Positions 1 to 9,254 of a stretch of 64,000 nt of DNA are shown here, piece by piece (the first letter of the stretch is position 1; each line of letters begins with the position of its first letter). Location of the stretch: the NCBI GenBank assembly GCA_963666345.1, contig OY762721.1, positions 1,728,001 through 1,792,000 on the forward strand. The letters are read 5' to 3'. The DNA is from Desulfatiglandales bacterium. Lineage in GTDB: Bacteria; Desulfobacterota; DSM-4660; Desulfatiglandales; Desulfatiglandaceae. A program made the position numbers and the translations under genes. Below the pieces are notes generated by a model. The model saw only the letters and a list, made by a program, of their open reading frames with translations. It was not told the origin of the DNA and ran no database searches.

Positions 1-302
1 TCTATGAATTTGGCCTTCTGAACCAGTTTTACCTTGAAACCTCCGTCCGACTTTTTGACCTTTCTGATCTCGGTATTTGTCAGGATCTCTATGTTGGGTT
101 CATTATCCACTTCGTACATCTGAGGTGCTTCGATACAAATCGAACAGTCGTTGGTGGGAAAAGTCTTATCGAGCCTTGCCATCATTCCACCGATACTGGC
201 CGTATCATCCATCAGATAGACATGTGTACCGTATCTGGCGGCATTCAGCGCGCAGTTTATGCCGGCTATTCCGCCTCCTATAATCAATATCGATGCGTCC
301 AT
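1..302 (-). CDS. Heterodisulfide reductase subunit A-like FAD/Fe-S protein, 5' part only (runs off window edge)
   Basis: Not in ORF track. Manual translation from ATG at 302: MDASILIIGGGIAGINCALNAARYG...SIGGMMARLDKTFPTNDCSICIEAP, i.e. GxGxxG FAD motif plus HdrA signature LDKTFPTxDCSxC; GAGGCGG RBS upstream. Confidence 0.85.
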   Translation of the reverse strand, partial: MDASILIIGGGIAGINCALNAARYGTHVYLMDDTASIGGMMARLDKTFPTNDCSICIEAPQMYEVDNEPNIEILTNTEIRKVKKSDGGFKVKLVQKAKFI

Positions 303-529
303 AGATCCGCCTCTTGTCTTTTTCTGAACTTTTACACCTGTAATTTCAGCATCCTGTCAGCCCAATCGGACCTCTCCGGCAAAAACGCCCGACAGGAAAA
401 AGGTTACCGCTGCAAATGGGATGCGATTATCATCAGGCTGGAATCGGAATAGTCCGGACGATATTGACACGAACCTTCCCGACCATCCTTACAGGGATGC
501 TTTCTCGTGGATTCGAGGAACAGTGCCCC

Positions 530-739
530 TCAAATCTCGGTTATAATTATTGCCCCCGATTTACACACTGCCACGCAGGTCCTGCATCCGAGGCAATTCT
601 GTGGTCTTACTGCCTGAGCCTTGTGAGACATGTCAAAGACATCTACAGGACAAAACTTAAAGCATTCCTCACAGCCGTCACACTTTTCAGCATCAATGTG
701 CACCAGATAAACTTCGAAAGACTTGTATTTTTTACCCAT
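530..739 (-). CDS. 2x[4Fe-4S] ferredoxin
   Basis: CDGCEECFKFCP and CLGCRTCVAVC motifs; ATG at 739 preferred to TTG at 751. Confidence 0.85.
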   Translation of the reverse strand: MGKKYKSFEVYLVHIDAEKCDGCEECFKFCPVDVFDMSHKAQAVRPQNCLGCRTCVAVCKSGAIIITEI

Positions 740-832
740 AAGTTGTTTCAAAACCGGTTGAAATCGATATTTGCATCAAAACCCATACACTGCCCATCCC
801 AAAATAAGGTCATACGCTCCATTGAAGTTTAA

Positions 833-1097
833 GGACCTTCTCCCGATTAATTGGTCAATTAGCATATCTTTTTTACACAGTGCGGCATATCAGGATTCGA
901 GGGACCAAGGGGCCAAGGGTTCGAGTGAAAAACAGAGAGAAATCTAATGGAATCCTGATTTTTAGTCGATGAAATATCCACACACAAGCAGAAGAAAATT
1001 CGATGCAGCAGAAATAACATATTTAGACACCAACCACTTGAACCCCGGCCCCTGGAACCCGGGAACCCGCTGTGAAGCAGTGGGACTGAGCGAAGCG
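833..1097. mobile_element. Partial MITE-like element, family A (octamer repeats)
   Basis: Begins GGACCTTCTCCCGATTAATTGG; AGGGTTCG/AGGGACCA-type octamers; GGGAACCCGCTGTGAAGCAGTGGGACTGAGCGAAGCG nearly identical to part of the copy at 39412-39643. Confidence 0.7.
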
Positions 1098-1532
1098 CTA
1101 TTTTTTCAGTTCCTCCCACTTGTAGTCGATAAGCTCGGTTAAGACTCCGTTCAGTTTTTTTGGGTGAACAAAGGCAAATTCACAATCTCGAAAGGGTCTT
1201 GCGATTTCTCCACGCTTATCAGGGATAAAGGGGTATCCCTTGCCCTTCATCTCATCCACGGCTTCACGGGTATTGTCGACATTAAAGCTGATCAGCATGA
1301 CCCCTTCACCGTTTTTTTCTATGAACTTGGCCACATCACCTTCAGGGGATGTGGATTCCATCAATTCGAAGCCTACCTCCCCGACCCAGTAACGGGCGAC
1401 GTTTATCTTTTCAGGTTCATCCACATATGCGTCGTCCGGGCCTGATTTACCCAAAAGCGGCTCCCAGGTCTTTTTCGCCTCTTCCAGATCTTTTACCGCG
1501 ATGCAGATATGGTCTATCTTGTTGGCCTTCAT
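1098..1532 (-). CDS. VOC-family methylmalonyl-CoA epimerase-like protein
   Basis: IDHICIAV, FELME, FIEKNGEG, FVHPK..NGVLTELI motifs; AAGGAG RBS before ATG at 1532. Confidence 0.85.
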   Translation of the reverse strand: MKANKIDHICIAVKDLEEAKKTWEPLLGKSGPDDAYVDEPEKINVARYWVGEVGFELMESTSPEGDVAKFIEKNGEGVMLISFNVDNTREAVDEMKGKGYPFIPDKRGEIARPFRDCEFAFVHPKKLNGVLTELIDYKWEELKK

Positions 1533-1614
1533 AACAGACTCCTTGAGATGAGCTTTCACCCCATACCGGGCTGCCGGGACAGTCCGGCATGAGGAAAGCT
1601 CCCGTTTTGATTGC

Positions 1615-1821
1615 TTAGAATGTTACCTTTTCCAGCGGAATGGTGATCGCCTGATCAGGGCAGATGCTTCCGCATTCATTGCAGTCCTCACAGATGAATT
1701 CGGTAACCACGACCCTGCCGTCCTGCACCCTAACCGCCGAATCAGGGCATACCTCTACACACAGGGGTTGGACATTGCCCCCACACATGGTGCATTTTTC
1801 CATATCTATCTGAGCAGCCAT
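1615..1821 (-). CDS. [4Fe-4S] dicluster ferredoxin
   Basis: CTMCGGNVQPLCVEVCP (expanded spacing) and CEDCNECGSICP. Confidence 0.85.
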   Translation of the reverse strand: MAAQIDMEKCTMCGGNVQPLCVEVCPDSAVRVQDGRVVVTEFICEDCNECGSICPDQAITIPLEKVTF

Positions 1822-1836
1822 TTTAAACTCCCTATA

Positions 1837-2364
1837 TTATTTTTTTTTGTAAAGCCTTATGAGATACTCTCCTTCGCCCCTGGGAATAGCCTTGAGCATT
1901 TCAAGTCCCAGATCGATATTGAAAAACATGTTCACGTCTTCAAGTATGGCCTTGAACAGGCTCTCTCTTGTAACCGCCACCTCTTCCATGGGGACTCCGA
2001 ATTCCTTGGCAGCGGTAGGCCATGGGCATCGGGTGCACCGGATAAAGACCTCACCCGGGCTTTCTCCCTTTTCTGCAAACGCAAGCCCTCCCTCGGTCAC
2101 CCACACCCCCGCCATCGCCCTTCCGAGGTTGAGAATAAAGGCATCTTCCCCTTTCAGCCAGTTGAGTCTGGGCAGGAAGCTCTTGCCTATATCCTTTCCC
2201 ATATGCTCGGCCGCCTTCACCGCGATACCGGCAGGATCGGCATCAGGGCCGGCCAGTTCAAGCGCCACTTCACGCCACCGGTAATAGGTTTTGCAGATTT
2301 CAGTCTGGGCGCCATGCATGTTTTTCCATAATTTACTTATTTCCTTTTCTGCGTTAACTGGCAT
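1837..2364 (-). CDS. Hypothetical protein (possible V4R/ATC-hydrolase-like fold)
   Basis: 175 aa ORF tightly packed in the operon with GGAGG RBS; IRCTRCPW motif; fold assignment tentative. Confidence 0.6.
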   Translation of the reverse strand: MPVNAEKEISKLWKNMHGAQTEICKTYYRWREVALELAGPDADPAGIAVKAAEHMGKDIGKSFLPRLNWLKGEDAFILNLGRAMAGVWVTEGGLAFAEKGESPGEVFIRCTRCPWPTAAKEFGVPMEEVAVTRESLFKAILEDVNMFFNIDLGLEMLKAIPRGEGEYLIRLYKKK

Positions 2365-2377
2365 CTTCTCTTCCTCC

Positions 2378-4360
2378 TTATATCCTTAGACCGATCCGGT
2401 AACCGTCATGGACGGCGCTTGAAAGATTCCTCGGGACAAGTGCGTCACCAACGGCAAAGAGCTCCATGCCCTCCGCCTGAACCGCCTTTTTCAATCCTTC
2501 GTTGGCCTCCCTCTCCGAGATCACTATGGTGTCGAATTTTACCGGGAAGCGGTAGCCGTCATAGGTCTTGACCGTAATCTCGCCATCTGTGATCTCTTCG
2601 ATATCACAGTCATTATAGGCCATGACCCCGTTTTGTCTGAGATAGATCATATAACGCCATTTGAAGGACGGATTGATATCAAAGCCCGCGCTCTTTTCTC
2701 TTCCCACAATGGTGACCTTCTTCCCCTCTTTTGCGAGCTTGAGCGCAACTCCTATCCCGGGTTTTCTGTTTCCCCATACCACGACCCGCTCTCCGACTTC
2801 CGCCTTGCCGCTCATCACATCCAGGACATTGACGATATTTTCCCCCTCTCCCGGAAGTTTCGGGTATACGGGGCCTGTGGCAAGCACCACGCTGTCGGGC
2901 ATCTCATCCTGTATCAGCTCTTCGGTCACCTCGGTTGCCAGGTGGAATACGACACCGTATTTTTCACACATCGTCTTCTGATACTTGACGCATGTCATCA
3001 GTTCTTCGTCGCCGTACGGGGCCTGTGATGCCTCAAGAAGGGTCCCGCCTATTTCATCTCTCTTGTCGTAGACATGGACCTCGTGTCCCCTCTGTGCGGC
3101 GACATAGGCGCATTCCAGACCGGCGGGTCCGGCTCCCACAATCATAATCTCTTTTTTGTCATCTTCTTCCACCTCTTTCGGGTAGAAGCCGTCATCATGC
3201 TCATGGGCGCAAAGAGGGTTTATGTAACAGGTCATCGGCGCATCACGGAACAATCTGGCAAGGCAAAGATTACAGGCAACGCAGTGCCTGATCTCTTCTT
3301 CCCTGCCCTCCAGAACCTTTTTGGGCATGTAAGGATCGGCTATCATCGGACGGCACATCTCCCAGAAATCCAGTTCACCGTCTCCTATCGCCTTATCAGG
3401 CCGATCAGGCGTAAAGAGACGATATGCCATCTGGACCGGCACCTTCACATGCTCCTTTGCCCTCTTTGCAAGATGGAGCCAGTTTCCCTGGGGGATATCC
3501 CTGCTTATTACCGGGTATATGGATTCCTGCCAGCCGAGGGTACAGCTTATGTAATCGGCGCCGGCCTCCTCCGCGAGCTGGTAGGTGATCATCGACTCTT
3601 CAGGCGTATTACCCCTTACGTCATCCAGCAGTTCCTCTGAACAAAGTCTTATTCCTACAGGGATATCCGGGCCGCAGGCCTCTTTTACCCCCTGAATGAT
3701 CTCTACCATGGCCTGGCACCTGCCTCTTATATCCCCGCCGTATTCATCGGTCCGCCTGTTCGTATAGCTTGAGAGAAAATTGGAGATAAGATATCCCACG
3801 ATGCCCGATATCTCCATCACGTCGAAGCCGGCCTCCACGCCTCTTCTGGCCGATTCGACATGCTGTCTGATCATCTCCTTCACCTCTGCGTTGGTCATCT
3901 CATCCATCGGCTTGAATATTCTCAGCCTTTGAGGCACTGCGGAAGGACCGTGCCCGCTGTCCACTTCGACCGCGCCGACTCTTCCGCAGTCCATAAGCTG
4001 AAATCCCGCTATGGCCCGTTCTCCATGTATGGCATCGGCCATCTTCTTGAGCCCCGGGATGAACTTGTCGTCCCAGCAGCCCGCCTGTCCCACATAACCC
4101 TGTCCCTTGCGCGGCTCATCCATATAGACTCCCTGCATGAAACAGAGTCCTCCCACGACCCCCTCGGCCCTAGACCTTATATAGGCCACATCGGCATCGG
4201 TAATAAAACCGTGATGATCGTTGAGGTTGTCTTCGGTAGCCGCATACTTGATCCTGTTAGGGACCATCAGGTTCCCCAACTCGATCGGCTTGAAAATATT
4301 AGGATACCTTTTTGCTCCCGGATACGAGGAGTAATCCCATTCAAACAATACTTTGGCCAT
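2378..4360 (-). CDS. Old-yellow-enzyme family NADH:flavin oxidoreductase with [4Fe-4S] and FAD domains (FadH/Ncr/BaiCD-like architecture)
   Basis: NRRTDEYGG, CVACNLC...C cluster motif, IVGAGPAGLE FAD motif, 660 aa. Confidence 0.9.
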   Translation of the reverse strand: MAKVLFEWDYSSYPGAKRYPNIFKPIELGNLMVPNRIKYAATEDNLNDHHGFITDADVAYIRSRAEGVVGGLCFMQGVYMDEPRKGQGYVGQAGCWDDKFIPGLKKMADAIHGERAIAGFQLMDCGRVGAVEVDSGHGPSAVPQRLRIFKPMDEMTNAEVKEMIRQHVESARRGVEAGFDVMEISGIVGYLISNFLSSYTNRRTDEYGGDIRGRCQAMVEIIQGVKEACGPDIPVGIRLCSEELLDDVRGNTPEESMITYQLAEEAGADYISCTLGWQESIYPVISRDIPQGNWLHLAKRAKEHVKVPVQMAYRLFTPDRPDKAIGDGELDFWEMCRPMIADPYMPKKVLEGREEEIRHCVACNLCLARLFRDAPMTCYINPLCAHEHDDGFYPKEVEEDDKKEIMIVGAGPAGLECAYVAAQRGHEVHVYDKRDEIGGTLLEASQAPYGDEELMTCVKYQKTMCEKYGVVFHLATEVTEELIQDEMPDSVVLATGPVYPKLPGEGENIVNVLDVMSGKAEVGERVVVWGNRKPGIGVALKLAKEGKKVTIVGREKSAGFDINPSFKWRYMIYLRQNGVMAYNDCDIEEITDGEITVKTYDGYRFPVKFDTIVISEREANEGLKKAVQAEGMELFAVGDALVPRNLSSAVHDGYRIGLRI

Positions 4361-4432
4361 CTGTGCGTCCTCCTTTATGATTCTGTCGAGCGATATTTAT
4401 CTGCTCAAGAATAAAAACCCTTATCCCGCCTC

Positions 4433-5629
4433 TTACGGTAATCCGAATATGCTTACTGCGCTTACATGTATGCCCACGTTTCCTCCGACATTGTGAATAA
4501 GTCCCAGTTTCGGGTTTTTGAGCTGTCTTTCGGGGTTATCCACCCGTCCCTGAAGTTGTTTGTATACCTCGTAGGTCATCCTCAGACCGCTTGCCGAAAG
4601 AGGGTGCCCGAAACACTTAAGACCCCCGTCCGTATTTATAGGCTGCGCGCCCGATAAGAGATATCTGCCCGCTTCAATGTCCTCAGGCGCCTTGCCCCTC
4701 TCGCTGAAACCCAGATCCTCGATGGTTATCAGCTCGGTGGTGCTGAAGCAGTCGTGGAGTTCGGCCATGCTGATCTCTTCCCTGGGATTTTTGATGCCCG
4801 CCTCTTTGTAGGCGGCATTTGCCGCTGCAACGTTCTCCGGGAAACTCAAAAAATCAAATTCCTGCTGCATTGTCGACTGGCCGGCCCCTGTGGCAACCCC
4901 CTGCCCTTTTACCAGTATGTAGTCGTCCCTGAGTGTCTTTGCTATCTCAGGTGTAGTTACAATGGCCGCTGCCCCTCCGTCACTCATGCCGCACGCGTCA
5001 TATAGGGTGTAGGGCCATGATATGATTCTGGCCTTAAGCACGTCTTCCACGGTTATCTTTCGGTGCAGATGCGCCTTGGGGGTCAGAAGCCCGTTGTCGT
5101 GGTTCTTGACGTTTATGATTGCAAGCATCTTTTTGAATCCTTCGAAATCCCAGTTATAATCATCCTTGTAATGATAAAAATATCTGGTCCCGTACTGCCC
5201 GAACTGGCTCGCGGGCGGGATGTCCCATTCGGTCATACCCCTGTCAAGAGGCTCCTGGATGAACAGACCGAACCCGCCGTGATGATCCTTTGTCTTTTCA
5301 ACTCCGCATGCCAGTACGATATCAAAGACACCTGAAGCGACTCCGTAGCAGGCGTTTCTTAGGACATCCTGACCGCCCGCGCAAAAATTCTCCACCCTTG
5401 ACACGGGGATATATTGCGTCTTGAGGGCCCTGGCAAGATGCGCGCCGGTAAAACCGGACTCCCTGCTCGCATACCATGCCGCCTGAATGTCCTTAGGTTC
5501 GATTCCAGCATCCTCTATGGCCTCGTAGCATGAATCCACTACCAGGTCTTCTATCCCTTTATCCCACAGTTCACCGAACTTCGTGCAACCCATGCCGACG
5601 ATAGCTACCTTGTCTCTGATGCTTCCCAT
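4433..5629 (-). CDS. SCP2-type thiolase (IaaA/BbsB-like role inferred)
   Basis: VENFCAGG, ELHDCF, GHPLSASG motifs. Confidence 0.9.
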   Translation of the reverse strand: MGSIRDKVAIVGMGCTKFGELWDKGIEDLVVDSCYEAIEDAGIEPKDIQAAWYASRESGFTGAHLARALKTQYIPVSRVENFCAGGQDVLRNACYGVASGVFDIVLACGVEKTKDHHGGFGLFIQEPLDRGMTEWDIPPASQFGQYGTRYFYHYKDDYNWDFEGFKKMLAIINVKNHDNGLLTPKAHLHRKITVEDVLKARIISWPYTLYDACGMSDGGAAAIVTTPEIAKTLRDDYILVKGQGVATGAGQSTMQQEFDFLSFPENVAAANAAYKEAGIKNPREEISMAELHDCFSTTELITIEDLGFSERGKAPEDIEAGRYLLSGAQPINTDGGLKCFGHPLSASGLRMTYEVYKQLQGRVDNPERQLKNPKLGLIHNVGGNVGIHVSAVSIFGLP

Positions 5630-5671
5630 TTTGAGCTCCCGGCCCTGAAGGGCCCATGTTTTATGTTTTCA

Positions 5672-7087
5672 TCATCTCACAGGTTTCGATTCCCAGAAAT
5701 ATGTGCAGACCCCTTCACGGTCCGTTATCTCATCCCAGGGGGAGTATCTCCTGAAGGTCATCTCCACCGGCATGCCGACAGTTATGTTTTCACTGTCCGC
5801 CTCCGTCATATAACTCTGGATCCTTCCTCCCCCCTCGAAATCGACCTCGGTTGTAACTACAGGTATCTCAGCTCTGGGAGTAATATAATCCAGGTTATAG
5901 GTGAAGATCCTGCCCTTCCTGCCTATGAAGCTGTATTGCTCCATGCAATCTCTTTCACGGCATTTGGTGCAGACACGCTGCGGGGGATACTGAACATACC
6001 CGCATGACAGGCACCTTGAACCATGAAGGCTGACGGTTCGATCGTATTCCCTTTTCGCCGCAACCGCCGAGTATGCCGCGTGAGGCCCGGCCGCCTTTTC
6101 AATGGGGATTATGCCTCTCCACCTGAGATACCTCATGTAATCGTCGACCACCCTCCTGGAACCGCTGTGCCCTCCGATCCCCATGCTGTTTTCTCTTGCC
6201 TTTTCAATATTGCCGTTAACCTTGAAAGCGAATGCATCCGCGCCGTTTCCGTAACCCGCACAGAGTATAAGTTCCCCTTTTGATGATTGCTCAAGGGCCG
6301 CGACCAGCCCCATGAGCACGGAAGCGGCCCCTGTATCGCCTATAGAGTCTATAAGGGGGTCCTGGAGCTGTTTTTCGACGTCAAAGCCGAGGGATTTTGA
6401 GAGCTTGACACCTCGTCTGCCGTCCGGGCTGTAAAGACAGACACGGTCAAAATCATCCGGCTTGAATCCGTATCTCTCCATCAATCCCCTTATCGCCTTG
6501 CCCATGGACGGCAGATAGCCCTGTTCAACGGCGAAACGGCTCTCCCAGCTTCTCACGTATCGATCATGGTGGCTTCTCCATACATCTATTATCTCGTTGT
6601 ATACATGGAAACTTCCTTCAAGGGTCACGGCCGCATCCTTGTCTCCCAATAATATCGCGGCAGCGCCGTCTCCCAGGTTTTTTTCCTCCATTGATCCCGG
6701 GTGACCCAGCCTGCAGTCCGAGGCCACCACCATGGCGGATCTCGTTGAGCCTGCCATGACGCTGTCAAAACCCGCCTTGAGGGCCGCGGTACCGGCGCGC
6801 AGGCAGTTGCCGAATTCGGCGGTGTAGGTCTGCTCCCTGAAGTCGGAGGCCATGGCAATGGTGGTAGCCGATGAATGTTCCCTGTACGGGGCTGAAGTCG
6901 TGCCGAAATAGATCGCTTCAACACTATTTCGGTCCCTTCCCTTGAGACAGTCACTGACCGCCTCCACCGCCATCGTTACGCTGTCTTCGTCAAAGCTGCA
7001 GATCGCTTTTTCTCCCCTGCCGCCTATGACTTTCCTGTCCAGTCTGAAAAGCGGGACATATGCGCCGAATGATGTAATTCCGACCAT
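5672..7087 (-). CDS. HMG-CoA-synthase-like fold fused to DUF35 Zn-ribbon/OB-fold
   Basis: DEDSVTMAVEA, GDGAAA, GDTGAA, GYGNGAD; C-terminal CLSC..YPPQRVCTKC...GMPVEMTFR. Confidence 0.85.
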   Translation of the reverse strand: MVGITSFGAYVPLFRLDRKVIGGRGEKAICSFDEDSVTMAVEAVSDCLKGRDRNSVEAIYFGTTSAPYREHSSATTIAMASDFREQTYTAEFGNCLRAGTAALKAGFDSVMAGSTRSAMVVASDCRLGHPGSMEEKNLGDGAAAILLGDKDAAVTLEGSFHVYNEIIDVWRSHHDRYVRSWESRFAVEQGYLPSMGKAIRGLMERYGFKPDDFDRVCLYSPDGRRGVKLSKSLGFDVEKQLQDPLIDSIGDTGAASVLMGLVAALEQSSKGELILCAGYGNGADAFAFKVNGNIEKARENSMGIGGHSGSRRVVDDYMRYLRWRGIIPIEKAAGPHAAYSAVAAKREYDRTVSLHGSRCLSCGYVQYPPQRVCTKCRERDCMEQYSFIGRKGRIFTYNLDYITPRAEIPVVTTEVDFEGGGRIQSYMTEADSENITVGMPVEMTFRRYSPWDEITDREGVCTYFWESKPVR

Positions 7088-7096
7088 GTGGTACTC

Positions 7097-9118
7097 CTAT
7101 TTTGTGTATTTCGGTTTCCGCTTCTCCAGAAAGGCCGTGATTCCCTCTCTGGCTGCATCGGTGCAGGCAATCTCCCCAAAGCCCCGGTATCCTATTTCAA
7201 GCGCATCCCCGAAGTTTTCCGCGGCGGCGCCCTCTTTTATGGTCTTGACCGCTATTTGAACCGCTTCATTGCTGAGTGAAAGCCTTCCCGCCTTCGGTTC
7301 CGCCGGGACTGCGATTTCCGGTATATCCACCTTCCCTTCCCGGATCACTTCGACCTTTCCCTCCAGTTCCTTTACCTCTTCGACGGCGGCCATGATATTG
7401 CTGCGGTAATCCTCCGTAATTGTCCTAACCATCCCGATTTGCCTTGCATCCTCGACTTTGATCGATTTTCCAAGGGTTATCATCTCATGAAACAGCCCGG
7501 CGCCTTCCGGCCACTTTCTATAGGGTACGATACAGCCTCCGATGCCCGGAATTATCCCCAGGGTGATTTCAGGGAACTGGAATCTTGCGTTTTTCGTCGC
7601 CGTCATGCCGTGGCACCTTATCGCGACCTCAAGCCCGCCTCCCAGGGCAAGCCCGTTTATGGCGGCGACAACCGGTTTTTTCATGCGGTCCATATGGAGC
7701 TGTACCTTGGCGCACGCCCTGGAGTATTCGATTGACGCGTCGGCGTCTCCCAGCATTTCGGGAAATTTTCCTATATCGGCCCCCGCGGAAAAGGCGCTGT
7801 TTCCGTAGCCTGTAATTACGAATCCCTTTACCTTGGGATCTTCTTCGTAAAGTTTCAATGCGGAGAGGATCTCCTCTGTTATCTCGTCGTTCAAGGCGTT
7901 CATGGCCTGCGGCCTTCTTATGGTAATGACCTTTACCCCTTCGATCTCATCGACAAGAATATGCCGAAAAAAATCCTGATAAGCATCAACGGGTTGTTTT
8001 GCCTCAGGAAAACCCGCTCTTTGACTTTTAAACAGGCCCATTACCTTTTTCACTTCTCCTTCACCCAGATCTTTCATGATGTCAAAGGGGCCCTTTTTAA
8101 ACCCGAGCGCTATCTGGCATCCCATGTTGAGATCCGCATTTGTGCCTATTCCCCTGTCAATGATATCAAAGGATTGTGAAAATAGTATTCCCAGCATTCT
8201 GTTTCTTACAAAGGATGCCGTCTCATCCGGGACCTCCACCTTTGCGCCGGGACGATGGGTCAGCCATTTTTTAACGGACCCAAGGATGCCCGCGGGTTTG
8301 TAATGTGCACTCTCCTCCATCTGAAGTGAATTCGTCTCTATGATTATGGGGTTACCGTTGGCCATGTTCAGAACGAAGAAGGGGCCGGCAAAAACGAACT
8401 CCTCAGCGACCTTGTCTATCTGAGAGGCGGTGGCCCTTTCAAGAAGGTAAGCGGCCTCGTTACACCAGTTATCGAATACGCGGTCCAGCATGAAACATAT
8501 TGCGTTGTCCGTAATAAGAGGGACCTTCCCCGTCTGTGCGAAAAACCAGAAAAGGTAATCCATAACCTCTTTGCTTACCCTCTCCCAGCTTATTACCTCA
8601 ACCGGAAGACTTCGCCATGCTGGAGCGAAAAAATGCGTCACGGTTGTTCTTTCCTGCCTTTTCATATTGCAGAAGATCCTGTCGGCGGGTATTGAACTCG
8701 TGTTTGACGTGATGATAGTCTTCTCACTTACTATTCCTTCGATAGTCTCAAATATTTTCCGCTTCAGGGCGATGTTTTCCGTAGCAGCCTCTATGACAAG
8801 CTCGCAGTCCTTCAATCGCTCGTAATCTGTCGTGTACACTATGTTTTCCAGAACCGCGTCGGCCTTTTCCTGCTTCATCTTTCCCTTGTCAAGCGCCTTT
8901 GCGACATACCCCGAAAACCTTTCCCGAGCCTTTTTAAGGGGCTCCTCGACTATGTCGACGACATACAGGGTAGTTGCCGGAAGGGCGCTTTTGAGATAAT
9001 AACCGATATCCGGTCCGATCGTACCGGCTCCCACCACCGCCACTTCCCCGGGCAGGGCAAAAGGTTCGACCAGAAGGGGGTTATGATATGAATGGTACAG
9101 GCTCTTTGCTTGATCCAT
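7097..9118 (-). CDS. 3-hydroxyacyl-CoA dehydrogenase / enoyl-CoA hydratase fusion (HAD N-terminal)
   Basis: VVGAGTIG, IEAATEN, SNTSS, HFFAP; AFSAGADI, ALGGGLE, FPEITLGIIPG. Confidence 0.9.
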   Translation of the reverse strand: MDQAKSLYHSYHNPLLVEPFALPGEVAVVGAGTIGPDIGYYLKSALPATTLYVVDIVEEPLKKARERFSGYVAKALDKGKMKQEKADAVLENIVYTTDYERLKDCELVIEAATENIALKRKIFETIEGIVSEKTIITSNTSSIPADRIFCNMKRQERTTVTHFFAPAWRSLPVEVISWERVSKEVMDYLFWFFAQTGKVPLITDNAICFMLDRVFDNWCNEAAYLLERATASQIDKVAEEFVFAGPFFVLNMANGNPIIIETNSLQMEESAHYKPAGILGSVKKWLTHRPGAKVEVPDETASFVRNRMLGILFSQSFDIIDRGIGTNADLNMGCQIALGFKKGPFDIMKDLGEGEVKKVMGLFKSQRAGFPEAKQPVDAYQDFFRHILVDEIEGVKVITIRRPQAMNALNDEITEEILSALKLYEEDPKVKGFVITGYGNSAFSAGADIGKFPEMLGDADASIEYSRACAKVQLHMDRMKKPVVAAINGLALGGGLEVAIRCHGMTATKNARFQFPEITLGIIPGIGGCIVPYRKWPEGAGLFHEMITLGKSIKVEDARQIGMVRTITEDYRSNIMAAVEEVKELEGKVEVIREGKVDIPEIAVPAEPKAGRLSLSNEAVQIAVKTIKEGAAAENFGDALEIGYRGFGEIACTDAAREGITAFLEKRKPKYTK

Positions 9119-9187
9119 TTGTAATCTCCCGTTGATGATTGGAATCTTTCAATCTACCTGTTGTGGAAACTCATCCCTTGAAAAACC

Positions 9188-9217
9188 GGTATACAGTACA
9201 CAAGGAACAAATATCAA
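9188..9217 (-). promoter_or_regulatory. Internal sigma70-like promoter overlapped by a putative GntR operator
   Basis: Minus strand TTGATA-N18-TATACC; plus-strand GGTATACAGTACACA (9188-9202) matches the site at 29407-29421 at 13/15. Confidence 0.55.
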
Positions 9218-9254
9218 AAAAAGAGGCACCGATGACCCGCTGCCTTCCCTGGCA

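Noticed and set aside
303..830. Selenocysteine read-through ORFs near the HdrA-like gene and ferredoxin
   Set aside because: No in-frame TGA at a conserved Cys position in the visible sequence
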